This document shows positions 8,236 to 17,599 of a stretch of DNA of 64,000 nucleotides, piece by piece. Position numbers and translations under genes: made by a program. How positions within the stretch are numbered: position 1 is the first letter of the stretch; every line of letters starts with the position of its first letter. The stretch comes from Bacillota bacterium (GTDB lineage Bacteria > Bacillota > Sulfobacillia > Fermentithermobacillales > Fermentithermobacillaceae), in assembly GCA_050952125.1 (NCBI GenBank), contig JBMNKK010000003.1:7952-71951 (forward strand), read 5' to 3'. Below the pieces are notes generated by a model. The model made no database searches. It had not been told where the DNA came from and saw only the letters and a program-made list of their open reading frames with translations.

Positions 8236-9404
8236 TCCTGAGTGATAGATTCCTGGGGTACAAGAGAGAGAATGGCTCGATAGGGGTACGCAATTACGTA
8301 GGCGTCCTGGCATGCTCGGCGTGCGCTGTTCCTGCTGCAAGGCGCATATCCGAAGCGGTGAACGGCACGGCGTTGTTTACCCACAATCAGGGTTGCTGCG
8401 CGGCCGACGCCGACCTCGAAGCGACGAGGCGCACTCTGGTGTCACTTGCGCTCAATCCCAACCTCCATTCCGTCCTCTTCGTAGCCCTGGGTTGTGAGGG
8501 CCTGCCTGTTGAGCAGATCGTGGAAGAGACCTGCCTTGCCGGAAAGCATGCTGAACTAATAAGTGTAGAGAACTGCGGCGGCACGTCGCTCGCGGTTGCG
8601 CAGGGGACCTTCAGAGCCGAAGAGATGGTTGTCGAGGCATCACGTGCTGAGCGGTGCGAAGCAAGCCTCAGCGACCTGACTATCGGCATCAAATGCGGTG
8701 ACTCCGACGCGATCTCCGGTTTGGGCGCAAACCGCGTGGTGGGCCATGTAGTCGACTCTCTGGTTGCCAAGGGGTGCACTTGTCTTGTCACCGAGGTCAC
8801 AGAGCTCATCGGCGCTGAACACGTCCTGGCGCGCCGCGCAGTGGACGCTATCGTGTCGAGAAAGATCGTAGATGCTGTCGAGACTATGGAGCGGCGTCTC
8901 GCTGCCCACGGTGTCCATCCTCGGAGCGCGGGCGTATCGATCGCGGATGTGTCGGGCGGCCTTACCACAATCGAGGAGAAGTCGTTGGGCGCTCTGACAA
9001 AGACCGGCACCTGCCCTGTCTCAGGCGTGTATCCGTACGGCGAAAGAGTCACGGGTAAAGGACTCATGCTGATTGACGGACCCGGCCGTGAGCCTGAGGC
9101 TCTTACTGCGCTGGCAGCCGGCGGAGCCCACGTGATCCTTTTCACAACAGGTCATGGATCCCCTCAAGGGTTCCCGTTCGTCCCCGTCCTCAAGATCACG
9201 GGCAATCTGCGGAGCTACAAACGAGCCAAGAGCCACATAGATGTCTCGGTATGTGATGTCCTGGACGCCTGGCCCAACGTGGACGAAGCTGCGGCAGGCA
9301 TCGAGAGGGAAGTTATCGCGGTATCTTCCGGCAAGAGAACCCGCGCCGAAGTCACCGGATACTACGAATGCACTGACATATACACGACGGGACTCGTATT
9401 CTGA
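8232..9404 (+). CDS. UxaA family hydrolase, large (C-terminal-domain) subunit, paralogue 1.
   Basis: Characteristic FLGYKRENGSIGVRN start and a Cys-rich metal site (GCCAAD, GCEG). 390 aa. Confidence 0.8.
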   Translation: MILSDRFLGYKRENGSIGVRNYVGVLACSACAVPAARRISEAVNGTALFTHNQGCCAADADLEATRRTLVSLALNPNLHSVLFVALGCEGLPVEQIVEETCLAGKHAELISVENCGGTSLAVAQGTFRAEEMVVEASRAERCEASLSDLTIGIKCGDSDAISGLGANRVVGHVVDSLVAKGCTCLVTEVTELIGAEHVLARRAVDAIVSRKIVDAVETMERRLAAHGVHPRSAGVSIADVSGGLTTIEEKSLGALTKTGTCPVSGVYPYGERVTGKGLMLIDGPGREPEALTALAAGGAHVILFTTGHGSPQGFPFVPVLKITGNLRSYKRAKSHIDVSVCDVLDAWPNVDEAAAGIEREVIAVSSGKRTRAEVTGYYECTDIYTTGLVF

Positions 9405-9430
9405 GCAGTTTCGGAATCGGCAGTCGGACA

Positions 9431-10615
9431 ATGGGGGAAGAGGAATTGGCGGCCACACGGTTTTTAGGATATGCAAGACCAGACGGGTCGATAGGTGTCA
9501 GGAACTCGACCGCAGTCATGTCCGCGGTTATGTGTGCCAACGAGGTAACCGAGGACATTGCCAAAGGTATTGATGGAGCCATCGCTGTTGTCCACGGCCA
9601 TGGATGTTGCCAGCTGCCTCCCGACCTGGCACTTGTCCAGCGGACGCTCATAAACATCGGCAAGAACCCCAACATCGCCAACGTCATTTTGGTGTCTTTG
9701 GGCTGCGAGGGCGTAGACCCGGACGCCGTCGCCCAAGAACTCACCGCCGCTGGCAAGGCTGTGGAGGTGATTAGGATCCAGGAGGAAGGCGGCACTCTTC
9801 CTGCCACCGAGAGAGGGCGCCGCGTCTGCGAGAAGTGGAGGTCTCTGGCATCTAAAGTAGAGCGTGCCAGCTTTGACGCCACCGAACTCACGATAGGTAT
9901 CAAGTGTGGTTCGTCAGATACCACCTCAGGCCTAATCTGCAATCCATCCGTCGGCAGGCTGACGGACCGGTTCGTCGCCGAAGGCGGGACAGTGATCTTC
10001 GGCGAAACCACTGAGTTTATCGGAGCCGAGCACCTTTTGGCGCAGCGGGGATGCACGCCCGAAGTGAAGGCTGCGATACCAAAGATCGTCGCCGAGATGG
10101 AAGAGCGTTGCCTCACCATGAAGGTGGACATGCGTACAGGGCAGCCCACTCCGGGAAACATCAGGGGTGGCCTCACCACGATTGAGGAGAAGTCGCTGGG
10201 CGCGATATCGAAGTCGGGAACCGGCAAGATAAAAGGCGTCCTCGAGTACGGCGAACGCCCACAGTCTAAAGGCCTATTCATCATGGACAGCCCGGGAAGG
10301 GAACCTGAACTGCTCACCGGACTTGCGGCATCGGGCTGCTCCATAGTGCTCTTCACAACGGGGCGGGGTGCTCTGCAGGGTCATCCCGTCGTTCCTGTGA
10401 TCAAGATCACGGGCAACGAGCGCACCGCCCAACACCTCGCCAGTCACATGGATGTGGATGTCAGCGCGGCCCTGACAAGACACGCATCCCTGGACGAAAT
10501 GGCTGATCTCATATGGAGCAAGATCGTGGATGTTGCTTCGGGTACCCTCACCAAGGCCGAGATTCACGGTTGCGGACGATTCATGAACATCTATGTGAAA
10601 GGTCCCATTATCTAA
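9431..10615 (+). CDS. UxaA family hydrolase, large subunit, paralogue 2 (tandem duplicate of the previous gene).
   Basis: FLGYARPDGSIGVRN start, and GCEG, GIKCGSSD and TTIEEKSLGA blocks co-linear with paralogue 1. 394 aa. Confidence 0.8.
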   Translation: MGEEELAATRFLGYARPDGSIGVRNSTAVMSAVMCANEVTEDIAKGIDGAIAVVHGHGCCQLPPDLALVQRTLINIGKNPNIANVILVSLGCEGVDPDAVAQELTAAGKAVEVIRIQEEGGTLPATERGRRVCEKWRSLASKVERASFDATELTIGIKCGSSDTTSGLICNPSVGRLTDRFVAEGGTVIFGETTEFIGAEHLLAQRGCTPEVKAAIPKIVAEMEERCLTMKVDMRTGQPTPGNIRGGLTTIEEKSLGAISKSGTGKIKGVLEYGERPQSKGLFIMDSPGREPELLTGLAASGCSIVLFTTGRGALQGHPVVPVIKITGNERTAQHLASHMDVDVSAALTRHASLDEMADLIWSKIVDVASGTLTKAEIHGCGRFMNIYVKGPII

Positions 10616-10653
10616 AGGATCCGGAGAAACCACAATCAGGAGGATGAAAAGCA

Positions 10654-11622
10654 GTGTCTAGGAGATTGACTCTCAGAGTCGTAGCATGTTTCGTTCTACT
10701 TGCAGGCATCCTGCTCTCCGCATGTACTCCCAAAGAATCCGAGGCACCGGCGTACCCGTCAAAGGGTCTCGAATTCGTAGTACCCTTCGCCGCAGGCGGA
10801 GCAGTTGACCTGACCAGCCGTATACTCTGCACCGAAGTTGAGAAGACGCTCGGCCAGAAGTTCACCATTGCCAACAAACCCACAGGTGGAGCTGTGGAAG
10901 GCCTAAGCTACGTTGCCCGCGCCGCGGCCGACGGCTATACGCTCGGTGCCGCGACTTCGTCACTGGTCACCAACATCCTTACCAAGGACGTCGACTTCAC
11001 TCTCGATTCCTACGATCCTATCGCCATGTACTCTTTTGACCCCATGGTGTTTGTCGTCAACGCGGATTCTCCGTGGGAGAGTCTCGATGAAGTGGTTGAG
11101 GCCTCCAAGACCCAGTCGCTGGCTGCTTCCACTCCCGGCCTTGCCAACTCAAAGCACATCGCAGGTATGCTCTTCGAGCAGGAATCCGGAGCGAAATTCA
11201 CCTACGTGCATACCGGCGGAGCCAGTGAAGGCGTTCCCATGCTGGCCGGCGGGCACGTCCAGGTCGGTTGCTGGTCTTGGGGCGAGGTAAAAGCGATGGT
11301 AGACGCCGGCAAACTCCGGGTACTCGGTGTCATGTCAGAAGAGCGCGACGAGAGAATACCCGATGTCCCGACCTTCAAAGAGCAGGGATATGACCTGGTC
11401 TACGGCGCATGGCGTGGAATCGCGGCCCCCAAGGGACTGCCCGACGATGTCAAGGCGACGCTGACCAAAGCGTTTGGAGACGCTATCCAGAATCCTGACG
11501 TTGTGAAGCAGTTGAAGGATGCCGGCTTCCCGGTCCTTTACAAGGACGCTGAGGGCTTCTGGGATTTTGTCAAGGCTGACTACGACTACGTAAAGGCGAT
11601 CCTCGAGACGCTGGAGGACTAG
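10654..11622 (+). CDS. tctC: Tripartite tricarboxylate transporter substrate-binding lipoprotein TctC (Bug family).
   Basis: Signal peptide plus LLSAC lipobox. TctC-family sequence throughout (PGGAVD..., ...GTPGLANSKHIAG). Confidence 0.8.
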   Translation: MSRRLTLRVVACFVLLAGILLSACTPKESEAPAYPSKGLEFVVPFAAGGAVDLTSRILCTEVEKTLGQKFTIANKPTGGAVEGLSYVARAAADGYTLGAATSSLVTNILTKDVDFTLDSYDPIAMYSFDPMVFVVNADSPWESLDEVVEASKTQSLAASTPGLANSKHIAGMLFEQESGAKFTYVHTGGASEGVPMLAGGHVQVGCWSWGEVKAMVDAGKLRVLGVMSEERDERIPDVPTFKEQGYDLVYGAWRGIAAPKGLPDDVKATLTKAFGDAIQNPDVVKQLKDAGFPVLYKDAEGFWDFVKADYDYVKAILETLED

Positions 11623-11647
11623 GCAAGCCTAGTAGATAGCAAAGGAG

Positions 11648-12904
11648 ATGACGGGTGTGGCTCTACCGCGGCTCTTTCCTATACGGCAGAGGTTTGTCAA
11701 CAGGGCGCTGCCTGATGTGTCTAAGGCGACAGAAGAGGCTTTCCTGCGATCCCACGTGCTCGATGCACTCTTGCCCGGACAGTCGGTAGCGGTATGCGTG
11801 GGGAGCAGGGGAATCTCAAATCTAGCTGAGATAGTGAAGAAGACCGTCGACCTGGTCCGTGCCAGAGGAGCCACCCCCTTCATCGTACCCGCCATGGGCA
11901 GCCATGGCGGGGGCAACGCAGAAGGGCAGACGCATCTCCTCGATCACTACGGGATTTCCGAGGCGAGCATGGGATGCGCTGTAAAGGCCGATATGTCAAC
12001 CACAGAGGTCGGACGCAGTCCCGAAGGCATAAGAGCGTACGTATCTAACGAGGCTCTTAAGGCGGATCACATTATCGCAGTTAACCGAGTAAAACCGCAT
12101 ACCGAGTTCGAAGGCGCGATTGAGAGCGGCATTCTGAAGATGCTCTGCATTGGCCTGGGTAAGTTGGACGGTGCCCAGCATTACCACAGCATCGGGATGA
12201 GGCTTGGCTTCGAGCACACGTTGCGTACCGGAGGCAGGTTGGTGCTGGACAATGCACCGGTCCTGTGCGGGCTAGCTATTGTTGAGGACTCATACGATCA
12301 GACCGCCATCATCGAGGCGCTCCGTCCTGATGGCCTGGAAGCAAGAGAAGAAGAGTTGTTGAAACTAGCGAAAAGTTGGGTTCCTAAGCTGCCCTTTGAC
12401 GAGGCTGATGTCCTTATCGTGAACCAGATGGGCAAGGACGTCTCGGGGACCGGAATGGACACCAAGACCGTTGGGCGTATCATGAGCGTCTACGCGAAGG
12501 AGCCAAAGTCGCCCCGCATCACCAGAATAGCTGTTCTAGACGCAAGTGAAGGGAACGATGGAAACCTTCTCGGGATAGGGCTTGCGGATTTCACGACGGA
12601 AAGGCTCGTCTCCAAGATGGATCCCGCGAAGGTGCACCTGAATGCCACAGCGGCACTCACCCCGGAAAAGGCCCGCGTGCCAATGTGGTTTTCATCTGAT
12701 ATTGAGCTGTTCAAGACGTGTTTTGCCACGATAGCGCCTCTTGATCCTCTCGACCAGAAGGTGATGCGGATCCAGGATACCCGCCACCTTGAGGTAGTCT
12801 GGGTATCCGAAGCTTACCTTCCTGAGGTTAAGGGCAGACCGGATCTAGAGATAGCGGGTCCGGCCGAAGAAATGCGTTTTGACAATAACGGTCGTCTTAT
12901 CTGA
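11648..12904 (+). CDS. LarA-like / DUF2088 (lactate-racemase N-terminal-like) domain protein, inserted between tctC and tctB.
   Basis: About 420 aa with a layout reminiscent of LarA (AMGSHGG in place of the ATGTHR block, GLGKLDG...HYH). It lacks the D-x-T-R-P block of true LarA, so the functional call is tentative. Confidence 0.45.
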   Translation: MTGVALPRLFPIRQRFVNRALPDVSKATEEAFLRSHVLDALLPGQSVAVCVGSRGISNLAEIVKKTVDLVRARGATPFIVPAMGSHGGGNAEGQTHLLDHYGISEASMGCAVKADMSTTEVGRSPEGIRAYVSNEALKADHIIAVNRVKPHTEFEGAIESGILKMLCIGLGKLDGAQHYHSIGMRLGFEHTLRTGGRLVLDNAPVLCGLAIVEDSYDQTAIIEALRPDGLEAREEELLKLAKSWVPKLPFDEADVLIVNQMGKDVSGTGMDTKTVGRIMSVYAKEPKSPRITRIAVLDASEGNDGNLLGIGLADFTTERLVSKMDPAKVHLNATAALTPEKARVPMWFSSDIELFKTCFATIAPLDPLDQKVMRIQDTRHLEVVWVSEAYLPEVKGRPDLEIAGPAEEMRFDNNGRLI

Positions 12905-12907
12905 AAG

Positions 12908-13381
12908 GTGTTGATGAACGCGATGAAGATCACCCAGCTGGTGACAGGATTGGTCCTGCTCGCGCTGGTCGGGGTCATGTTCTTCACCACGACCAACATG
13001 AAGTACATGATCGGCGGAACACCGGGGCCAAGGTTCATGCCGTTGGTGCTCTCCGTTGCCTTATCGATACTCATCGTCATCTACTGGATTGAAGCCTATG
13101 CGGCCAGAAACGAAGAGCAGAAGTCGCCGTGGGACGTAAAGGCGCTCCCTAAGCCGCTGACCTTCCTCGCGATATGCATTGGACTGGTCATCCTTTGGAA
13201 CCCGTTGGGAGCTCTGCCCTCGGTGTTTCTGGCGGCTGTCGCGGAACTTAAGCTTCTGGAAAAGTGGACGTGGAAGCGCGCCCTCATGGTGTCGTTCATC
13301 ATGACCGTTTTCACCTGGGCGCTTTTTGGCAAGGCTCTCGCGATCCAGTTCCCCGCCGGCATATTGCGCGGGATCATATAG
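12908..13381 (+). CDS. tctB: Tripartite tricarboxylate transporter small membrane subunit TctB.
   Basis: 157-aa, 4-TM hydrophobic protein located between TctC and TctA. Confidence 0.65.
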   Translation: MLMNAMKITQLVTGLVLLALVGVMFFTTTNMKYMIGGTPGPRFMPLVLSVALSILIVIYWIEAYAARNEEQKSPWDVKALPKPLTFLAICIGLVILWNPLGALPSVFLAAVAELKLLEKWTWKRALMVSFIMTVFTWALFGKALAIQFPAGILRGII

Positions 13382-13396
13382 AGAGGATGAGGTGAA

Positions 13397-14899
13397 GTGG
13401 ACGTCTTAAGTCTACTGCTAAAGGGCTTCAGTGTCGCCTTAACCCCGCAGAACCTGCTTCTTTGCGCCGGCGGAGTTATCATGGGCACTCTCGTGGGAGC
13501 CCTTCCCGGAATCGGACCCACCGGCGCTGTGGCAATGCTGCTCCCGGCGACGTTCAAGATGCACCCAGCAGGCGCCCTGATCATGCTTGCCGGTATCTAC
13601 TACGGGACTCAGTACGGTGGAACGATCACATCGGTTCTGATGGGCGTGCCTGGAGAATCTGCGTCAGTCGTAACCGCGATGGACGGTTATCAGATGGCCA
13701 AGAAAGGGCGCGCGGGAGCCGCGCTGGGAATAGCCGCCATCGGTTCGTTTGTTGGCGGAACCCTAAGCGTATTGGGGCTAATGCTCGTCGGCCCCAAGCT
13801 CGCTTCGTTTGCCCTCATGTTCGGCCCTACCCAGTACTTTGCCTTAATGATGATGGCGTTCTCACTCGTCACGGCCTTCACGGGTAAGTCCACAACGAGA
13901 GGACTAATCTCGCTGGCCGTCGGAATCTTCCTATCGTTGGTGGGCCAGGATGTGATGACCGGGGCCGAGCGGTTCACCTTCGGACAGGTCGCGCTGATCG
14001 ATGGAATCAAGTTCCTTCCCGTCGGCGTCGGCATGTTCGGCTTGGCAGAGATACTTGAGGGGTTCGAGGAAGAGGAATCCTCTGACATGATTGAGGCCGA
14101 CCTGCACTGGAGGAAAGTGCTTCCCAGTAAGGCTGAGATGAAAGAGTGCGCGGGGCCGATTGCTCGCGGCACGCTCATAGGCTTCCTCTCGGGACTTCTC
14201 CCCGGTGTTGGAGCGACTATCTGCTCGTTCCTGTCGTACGGAGTTGAGCAGAGGATCTCGAAGAAACCGGAGGAGTTCGGAAAGGGTTCCCCGGCTGGGG
14301 TTGCGGCTCCTGAGACCGCCAACAACGCGTGCACCGGAGCGGCTTTTGTCCCGATGTTGAGCTTGGGTATTCCTGCGGGTGCGACTTCGGCCGTCCTTCT
14401 GGGAGCTCTCATCATGTTTGGCCTGCAGCCCGGGCCGCTTCTGTTCCAGCAGTCGCCTGACGTGGTCTGGGGCCTTATTGCCAGTATGTACATTGGCAAC
14501 GTGATGCTCGCTGTGATCAACGTGGCTTGTATCCCTGCTTTTGTGTGGATAATGGATAAGATCAAGAGTTACCTGTCCATCGTCGTACTGCTGCTGGCGA
14601 CGTTCGGCGTATACAGCTATCAGAACTCTATCGCCGACGTGTTCATAATGATCGTATTCGCGGTTGTCGGGTACCTGATGGGCAAGGTTGGAATCCCGAA
14701 GGCGCCTCTGGTCTTGGGCCTGCTGTTGGGCGGCATGGCTGAGTCAAGCCTCAGGCAAGCGCTTACGATCTCCCACGGTAGCCTTTCAATCTTCTTCGAG
14801 AGCCCCATAACCATGACTTTCCTCGCTCTCGCAGTCCTATCTTTGGGGGCGGGCCGGCTCACAAGGGGCGGAGGCAAGAAGAAGAAGGCCGAAGCGTAG
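13397..14899 (+). CDS. tctA: Tripartite tricarboxylate transporter permease TctA.
   Basis: 500 aa and polytopic; the duplicated TctA-family motif GVLPGIGPT / GLLPGVGAT is present. Confidence 0.9.
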   Translation: MDVLSLLLKGFSVALTPQNLLLCAGGVIMGTLVGALPGIGPTGAVAMLLPATFKMHPAGALIMLAGIYYGTQYGGTITSVLMGVPGESASVVTAMDGYQMAKKGRAGAALGIAAIGSFVGGTLSVLGLMLVGPKLASFALMFGPTQYFALMMMAFSLVTAFTGKSTTRGLISLAVGIFLSLVGQDVMTGAERFTFGQVALIDGIKFLPVGVGMFGLAEILEGFEEEESSDMIEADLHWRKVLPSKAEMKECAGPIARGTLIGFLSGLLPGVGATICSFLSYGVEQRISKKPEEFGKGSPAGVAAPETANNACTGAAFVPMLSLGIPAGATSAVLLGALIMFGLQPGPLLFQQSPDVVWGLIASMYIGNVMLAVINVACIPAFVWIMDKIKSYLSIVVLLLATFGVYSYQNSIADVFIMIVFAVVGYLMGKVGIPKAPLVLGLLLGGMAESSLRQALTISHGSLSIFFESPITMTFLALAVLSLGAGRLTRGGGKKKKAEA

Positions 14900-14911
14900 G
14901 GAGACTTGATG

Positions 14912-14936
14912 CGGAGCAGGGATATCCCTGCTCCGT
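14912..14936 (+). terminator. Possible weak terminator hairpin after tctA (CGGAGCAGG-gatat-CCTGCTCCG).
   Basis: 9-10 bp stem seen in sequence. The U-tract is poor, so this may be only an attenuating hairpin. Confidence 0.3.
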
Positions 14937-14973
14937 CAAAATCTGTAGGACTTTTCGTTCTGGGGGGCCACAC

Positions 14974-16239
14974 TTGCCAGTCAAAGCAATAGCCGCAACA
15001 ACATTTCTTGTTGCCTACGTACTCCTAATCCAGCACAAGGTGCGGCCACCTCTGGTGGTATGGAGCGGAGCAGCTCTGCTTCTTGCCCTCGGAGTGGTCA
15101 CGCCTCTCTCGGCTTTACAGAGCATCAACCTTAACGTCATTGGAATTGTCCTTGGAACCATGGTCCTTTCGGACCTGTTCATCCACTCCGGAGTCCCGGC
15201 GTATCTCGCGTCGGTGATGGTAACCCGGTCGGCCTCGGTCGGACAAGCCCTCCTGGCGGTGTGTATCCTGTCAGGCGTTGTTTCGGCTGCAGTTGACAAC
15301 GTGGCAACCGTGCTCATGATCGCTCCCATTGCTCTGGAGGTATCGCGTCAGCTCTGTGTTTCGCCCGTTCAGTTCCTTATAGGGATATCCGTATCGGCCA
15401 ACCTTCAGGGCGCAGGAACCATGATCGGGGACTCAACCTCCATACTGCTCGCCTCTGAAGCAGATATGACCTTCATGGACTTCTTCTGGATGGACGGCCG
15501 TCCAGGCATATTCTTCTCAGTCCAGCTGGCCGCTGTGGCAGCCTTTGTAGTTCTTCACCTGTTCTTCAGGAAGCATAAGGGGGCGTGCAGCCCGGTCCCA
15601 TGCCCGAGCGTCTCATCTTGGGTGCCTACTGTGCTCATGGTGGCCACGATGGTAACGATGGCGCTGTCGAGCTTCATTCCCGGGAGGCCCGACTGGACCG
15701 TGGGCGGCATCGCTATAGCCTATGGATTGGCGGGCCTTATCTGGAACTCGGCCGCGAAATACAAGGAAGGGAACCTGCTCAAGGACGTCGATTGGGAGAC
15801 AATCTTGCTGCTGGGCGGCCTGTTCGTCCTGATCGGGAGCCTCACGACCACCGGCCTTATCGACGACATCGCGAATCTCATCTCAACCTGGACCAGCGGC
15901 AAGGCTTTTCTAGCCTACAACATCATCGTGTGGATGTCGGTACTGCTCTCGGCGTTCGTGGACAATATCCCGTACACCATGGCTATGCTTCCTGTTGCCA
16001 AGATTCTGTCGGTAAGCATAGGGGCGTCTCCCAATCTGATGATGTTCGGACTCCTGCTCGGAACAACCCTAGGAGGGAACATCACACCCATCGGCGCGTC
16101 GGCCAACGTGGTCGCTGTATCTCTCCTTCGCAAGAACGGGCACGAGGTGTCATTCCCTGATTTCGCCCGCATTGGCTTGCCCTTTACTATCGCGGCAGTT
16201 GTGACCGGGTCTTTGCTCAACTGGGTTCTGTGGAGTTAA
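14974..16239 (+). CDS. ArsB/NhaD-superfamily (CitMHS-type) anion permease.
   Basis: 421 aa, about 12 TM, with duplicated family motifs (AAVDNVAT...; AFVDNIPYTMAM). Confidence 0.75.
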   Translation: MPVKAIAATTFLVAYVLLIQHKVRPPLVVWSGAALLLALGVVTPLSALQSINLNVIGIVLGTMVLSDLFIHSGVPAYLASVMVTRSASVGQALLAVCILSGVVSAAVDNVATVLMIAPIALEVSRQLCVSPVQFLIGISVSANLQGAGTMIGDSTSILLASEADMTFMDFFWMDGRPGIFFSVQLAAVAAFVVLHLFFRKHKGACSPVPCPSVSSWVPTVLMVATMVTMALSSFIPGRPDWTVGGIAIAYGLAGLIWNSAAKYKEGNLLKDVDWETILLLGGLFVLIGSLTTTGLIDDIANLISTWTSGKAFLAYNIIVWMSVLLSAFVDNIPYTMAMLPVAKILSVSIGASPNLMMFGLLLGTTLGGNITPIGASANVVAVSLLRKNGHEVSFPDFARIGLPFTIAAVVTGSLLNWVLWS

Positions 16240-17522
16240 TTGTCTAGGATTGGGACGATGTTCACGGCTTTGGGGAGGACGAGGATCCTGTTTGGCTTCT
16301 TCCTCTCCATCGCCATTCTTAGCGCCGATTCCAGGTCAGGTGCGCTTTCCAGCATCATTCTGGTGAGGAGTGCGGGGTCAAGCTCCCTGGTGACAATGAT
16401 TATCCTGCCCTTAGTGAGCGCCCTGGCGTAGTTGAAAGCTTTGTTGTTCCCGGCATTGAAGCCGGTCTCGGCAAACCGCTTCAGGATGTCTCTCGGGCTC
16501 TTGCCCTCGATCATCCAATCTTGGAATGTCTGGTTGCCGATGCCGTCAACGCACTCGGCGACGAGGATGAATGTGCAGTTGGAAGTTCCTAGGAGCTCGG
16601 CCACCGATAGGGCCTTTTGGGCCTGGTACAGGTCTCGGTCTCTGGGGTAACCGCCGGGGCTCGCGACAATGATGTCGGCGGGTTTGCCGATCTTGGTTTC
16701 GCTGACCTCGCGGCAGATGGCGACTCCCGCCGCGTGAGCCGCATCCAGCTCGCCGGCGACGAAAGCGATGTAGGCTTTACTAGGTGCCTGCACGGCGTTA
16801 ACGATGAACTTTACCGGAGCCAAGCGCGCCGCTTCGAGAGCGGTTTCGTGGAACGGGTTTCCTTCCATCCACCCCATGACGGGGTCATACGGGCGGATGG
16901 GGAAGGAGTGGTGCACGCGGAGGCATTCCAGGCCGGCGACGCCCGGCACGATGCTTTTCCGGCCGCCGCTGTACCCCGCAGACTGATGGGGAGCAATAAG
17001 GCCGGTGAGTATGCAGAACGTGCTCTCTGCTACCGCGCGGTTTATGCACACTGGGAGCCCGGACTTCGTCACTCCCAAAGTGACGAGAGAAGAAGTATCT
17101 CTGCAGTCGTGGGGCACCAAGCGGAACCTTTGGCAGTACTCGGAGCCAATGATCTGTTCCATCTCCGAGGCAGTCGGTTGGCGGTGACTGCCCGTGGCGA
17201 AGACGACGGTAACGTGGTCGTCGGGGACTCCGGCAGACTCAAGGCGCCGCACGAGTGCCTGCATAATCTCGATGTTGGGGCCCGGCCGGGTATGGTCATT
17301 TACAACTATAGATACCTTGTCTTTCGGAGAAACCAGGTTCTCCAGCCGGTCTGTACCTATGGGATTGTCCATGGCGTCCTCAAGAAGGTGAGGCGGAGGA
17401 GCCTTTGGGACATCCCGGCCATGATCGATTACGTCGACCGGAATGTCGTCTGGAACTTGAGCGGCCTCTTCAGATCTCCCGTAAGGGACGCGAATAGTAG
17501 GCATGGCGGGGCCCCCTTTCAA
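16236..17522 (-). CDS. larA: Nickel-pincer-nucleotide (NPN)-dependent 2-hydroxyacid racemase/epimerase, LarA family.
   Basis: All LarA hallmark blocks are present: D-H-T-R-P (NDHTRPGP), ATGSHR (His108 equivalent), PHDCRD, GGRK (NPN-tethering Lys) and RVHHSF. Confidence 0.85.
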   Translation of the reverse strand: MKGGPAMPTIRVPYGRSEEAAQVPDDIPVDVIDHGRDVPKAPPPHLLEDAMDNPIGTDRLENLVSPKDKVSIVVNDHTRPGPNIEIMQALVRRLESAGVPDDHVTVVFATGSHRQPTASEMEQIIGSEYCQRFRLVPHDCRDTSSLVTLGVTKSGLPVCINRAVAESTFCILTGLIAPHQSAGYSGGRKSIVPGVAGLECLRVHHSFPIRPYDPVMGWMEGNPFHETALEAARLAPVKFIVNAVQAPSKAYIAFVAGELDAAHAAGVAICREVSETKIGKPADIIVASPGGYPRDRDLYQAQKALSVAELLGTSNCTFILVAECVDGIGNQTFQDWMIEGKSPRDILKRFAETGFNAGNNKAFNYARALTKGRIIIVTRELDPALLTRMMLESAPDLESALRMAMERKKPNRILVLPKAVNIVPILDN

Positions 17523-17577
17523 CGTGATCGTAGCAACTACGGGCAGAAACGTATAATAGCGGGTTGTGATTGAACTG

Positions 17578-17592
17578 ATAAGATTCTGTTAT
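17578..17592. promoter_or_regulatory. LysR-type T-N11-A box with dyad symmetry (ATAAGA-ttc-TGTTAT) in the divergent larA/lysR intergenic region.
   Basis: Seen in sequence. The position between the divergent genes is classic for LTTR autoregulation/activation sites. Confidence 0.4.
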
Positions 17593-17599
17593 CGAGGCG

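Noticed and set aside
16617-17573. Long antisense ORF (318 aa) inside larA, and similar antisense ORFs inside pheT (47187-47984), polX (49370-50221), mutS2 (54442-55224) and the aconitase genes (19591-20526, 21342-21881).
   Set aside because: These are high-GC antisense ORFs with Arg/Ala/Pro-rich low-complexity translations lying wholly within well-supported genes, which is typical of GC-rich genomes.
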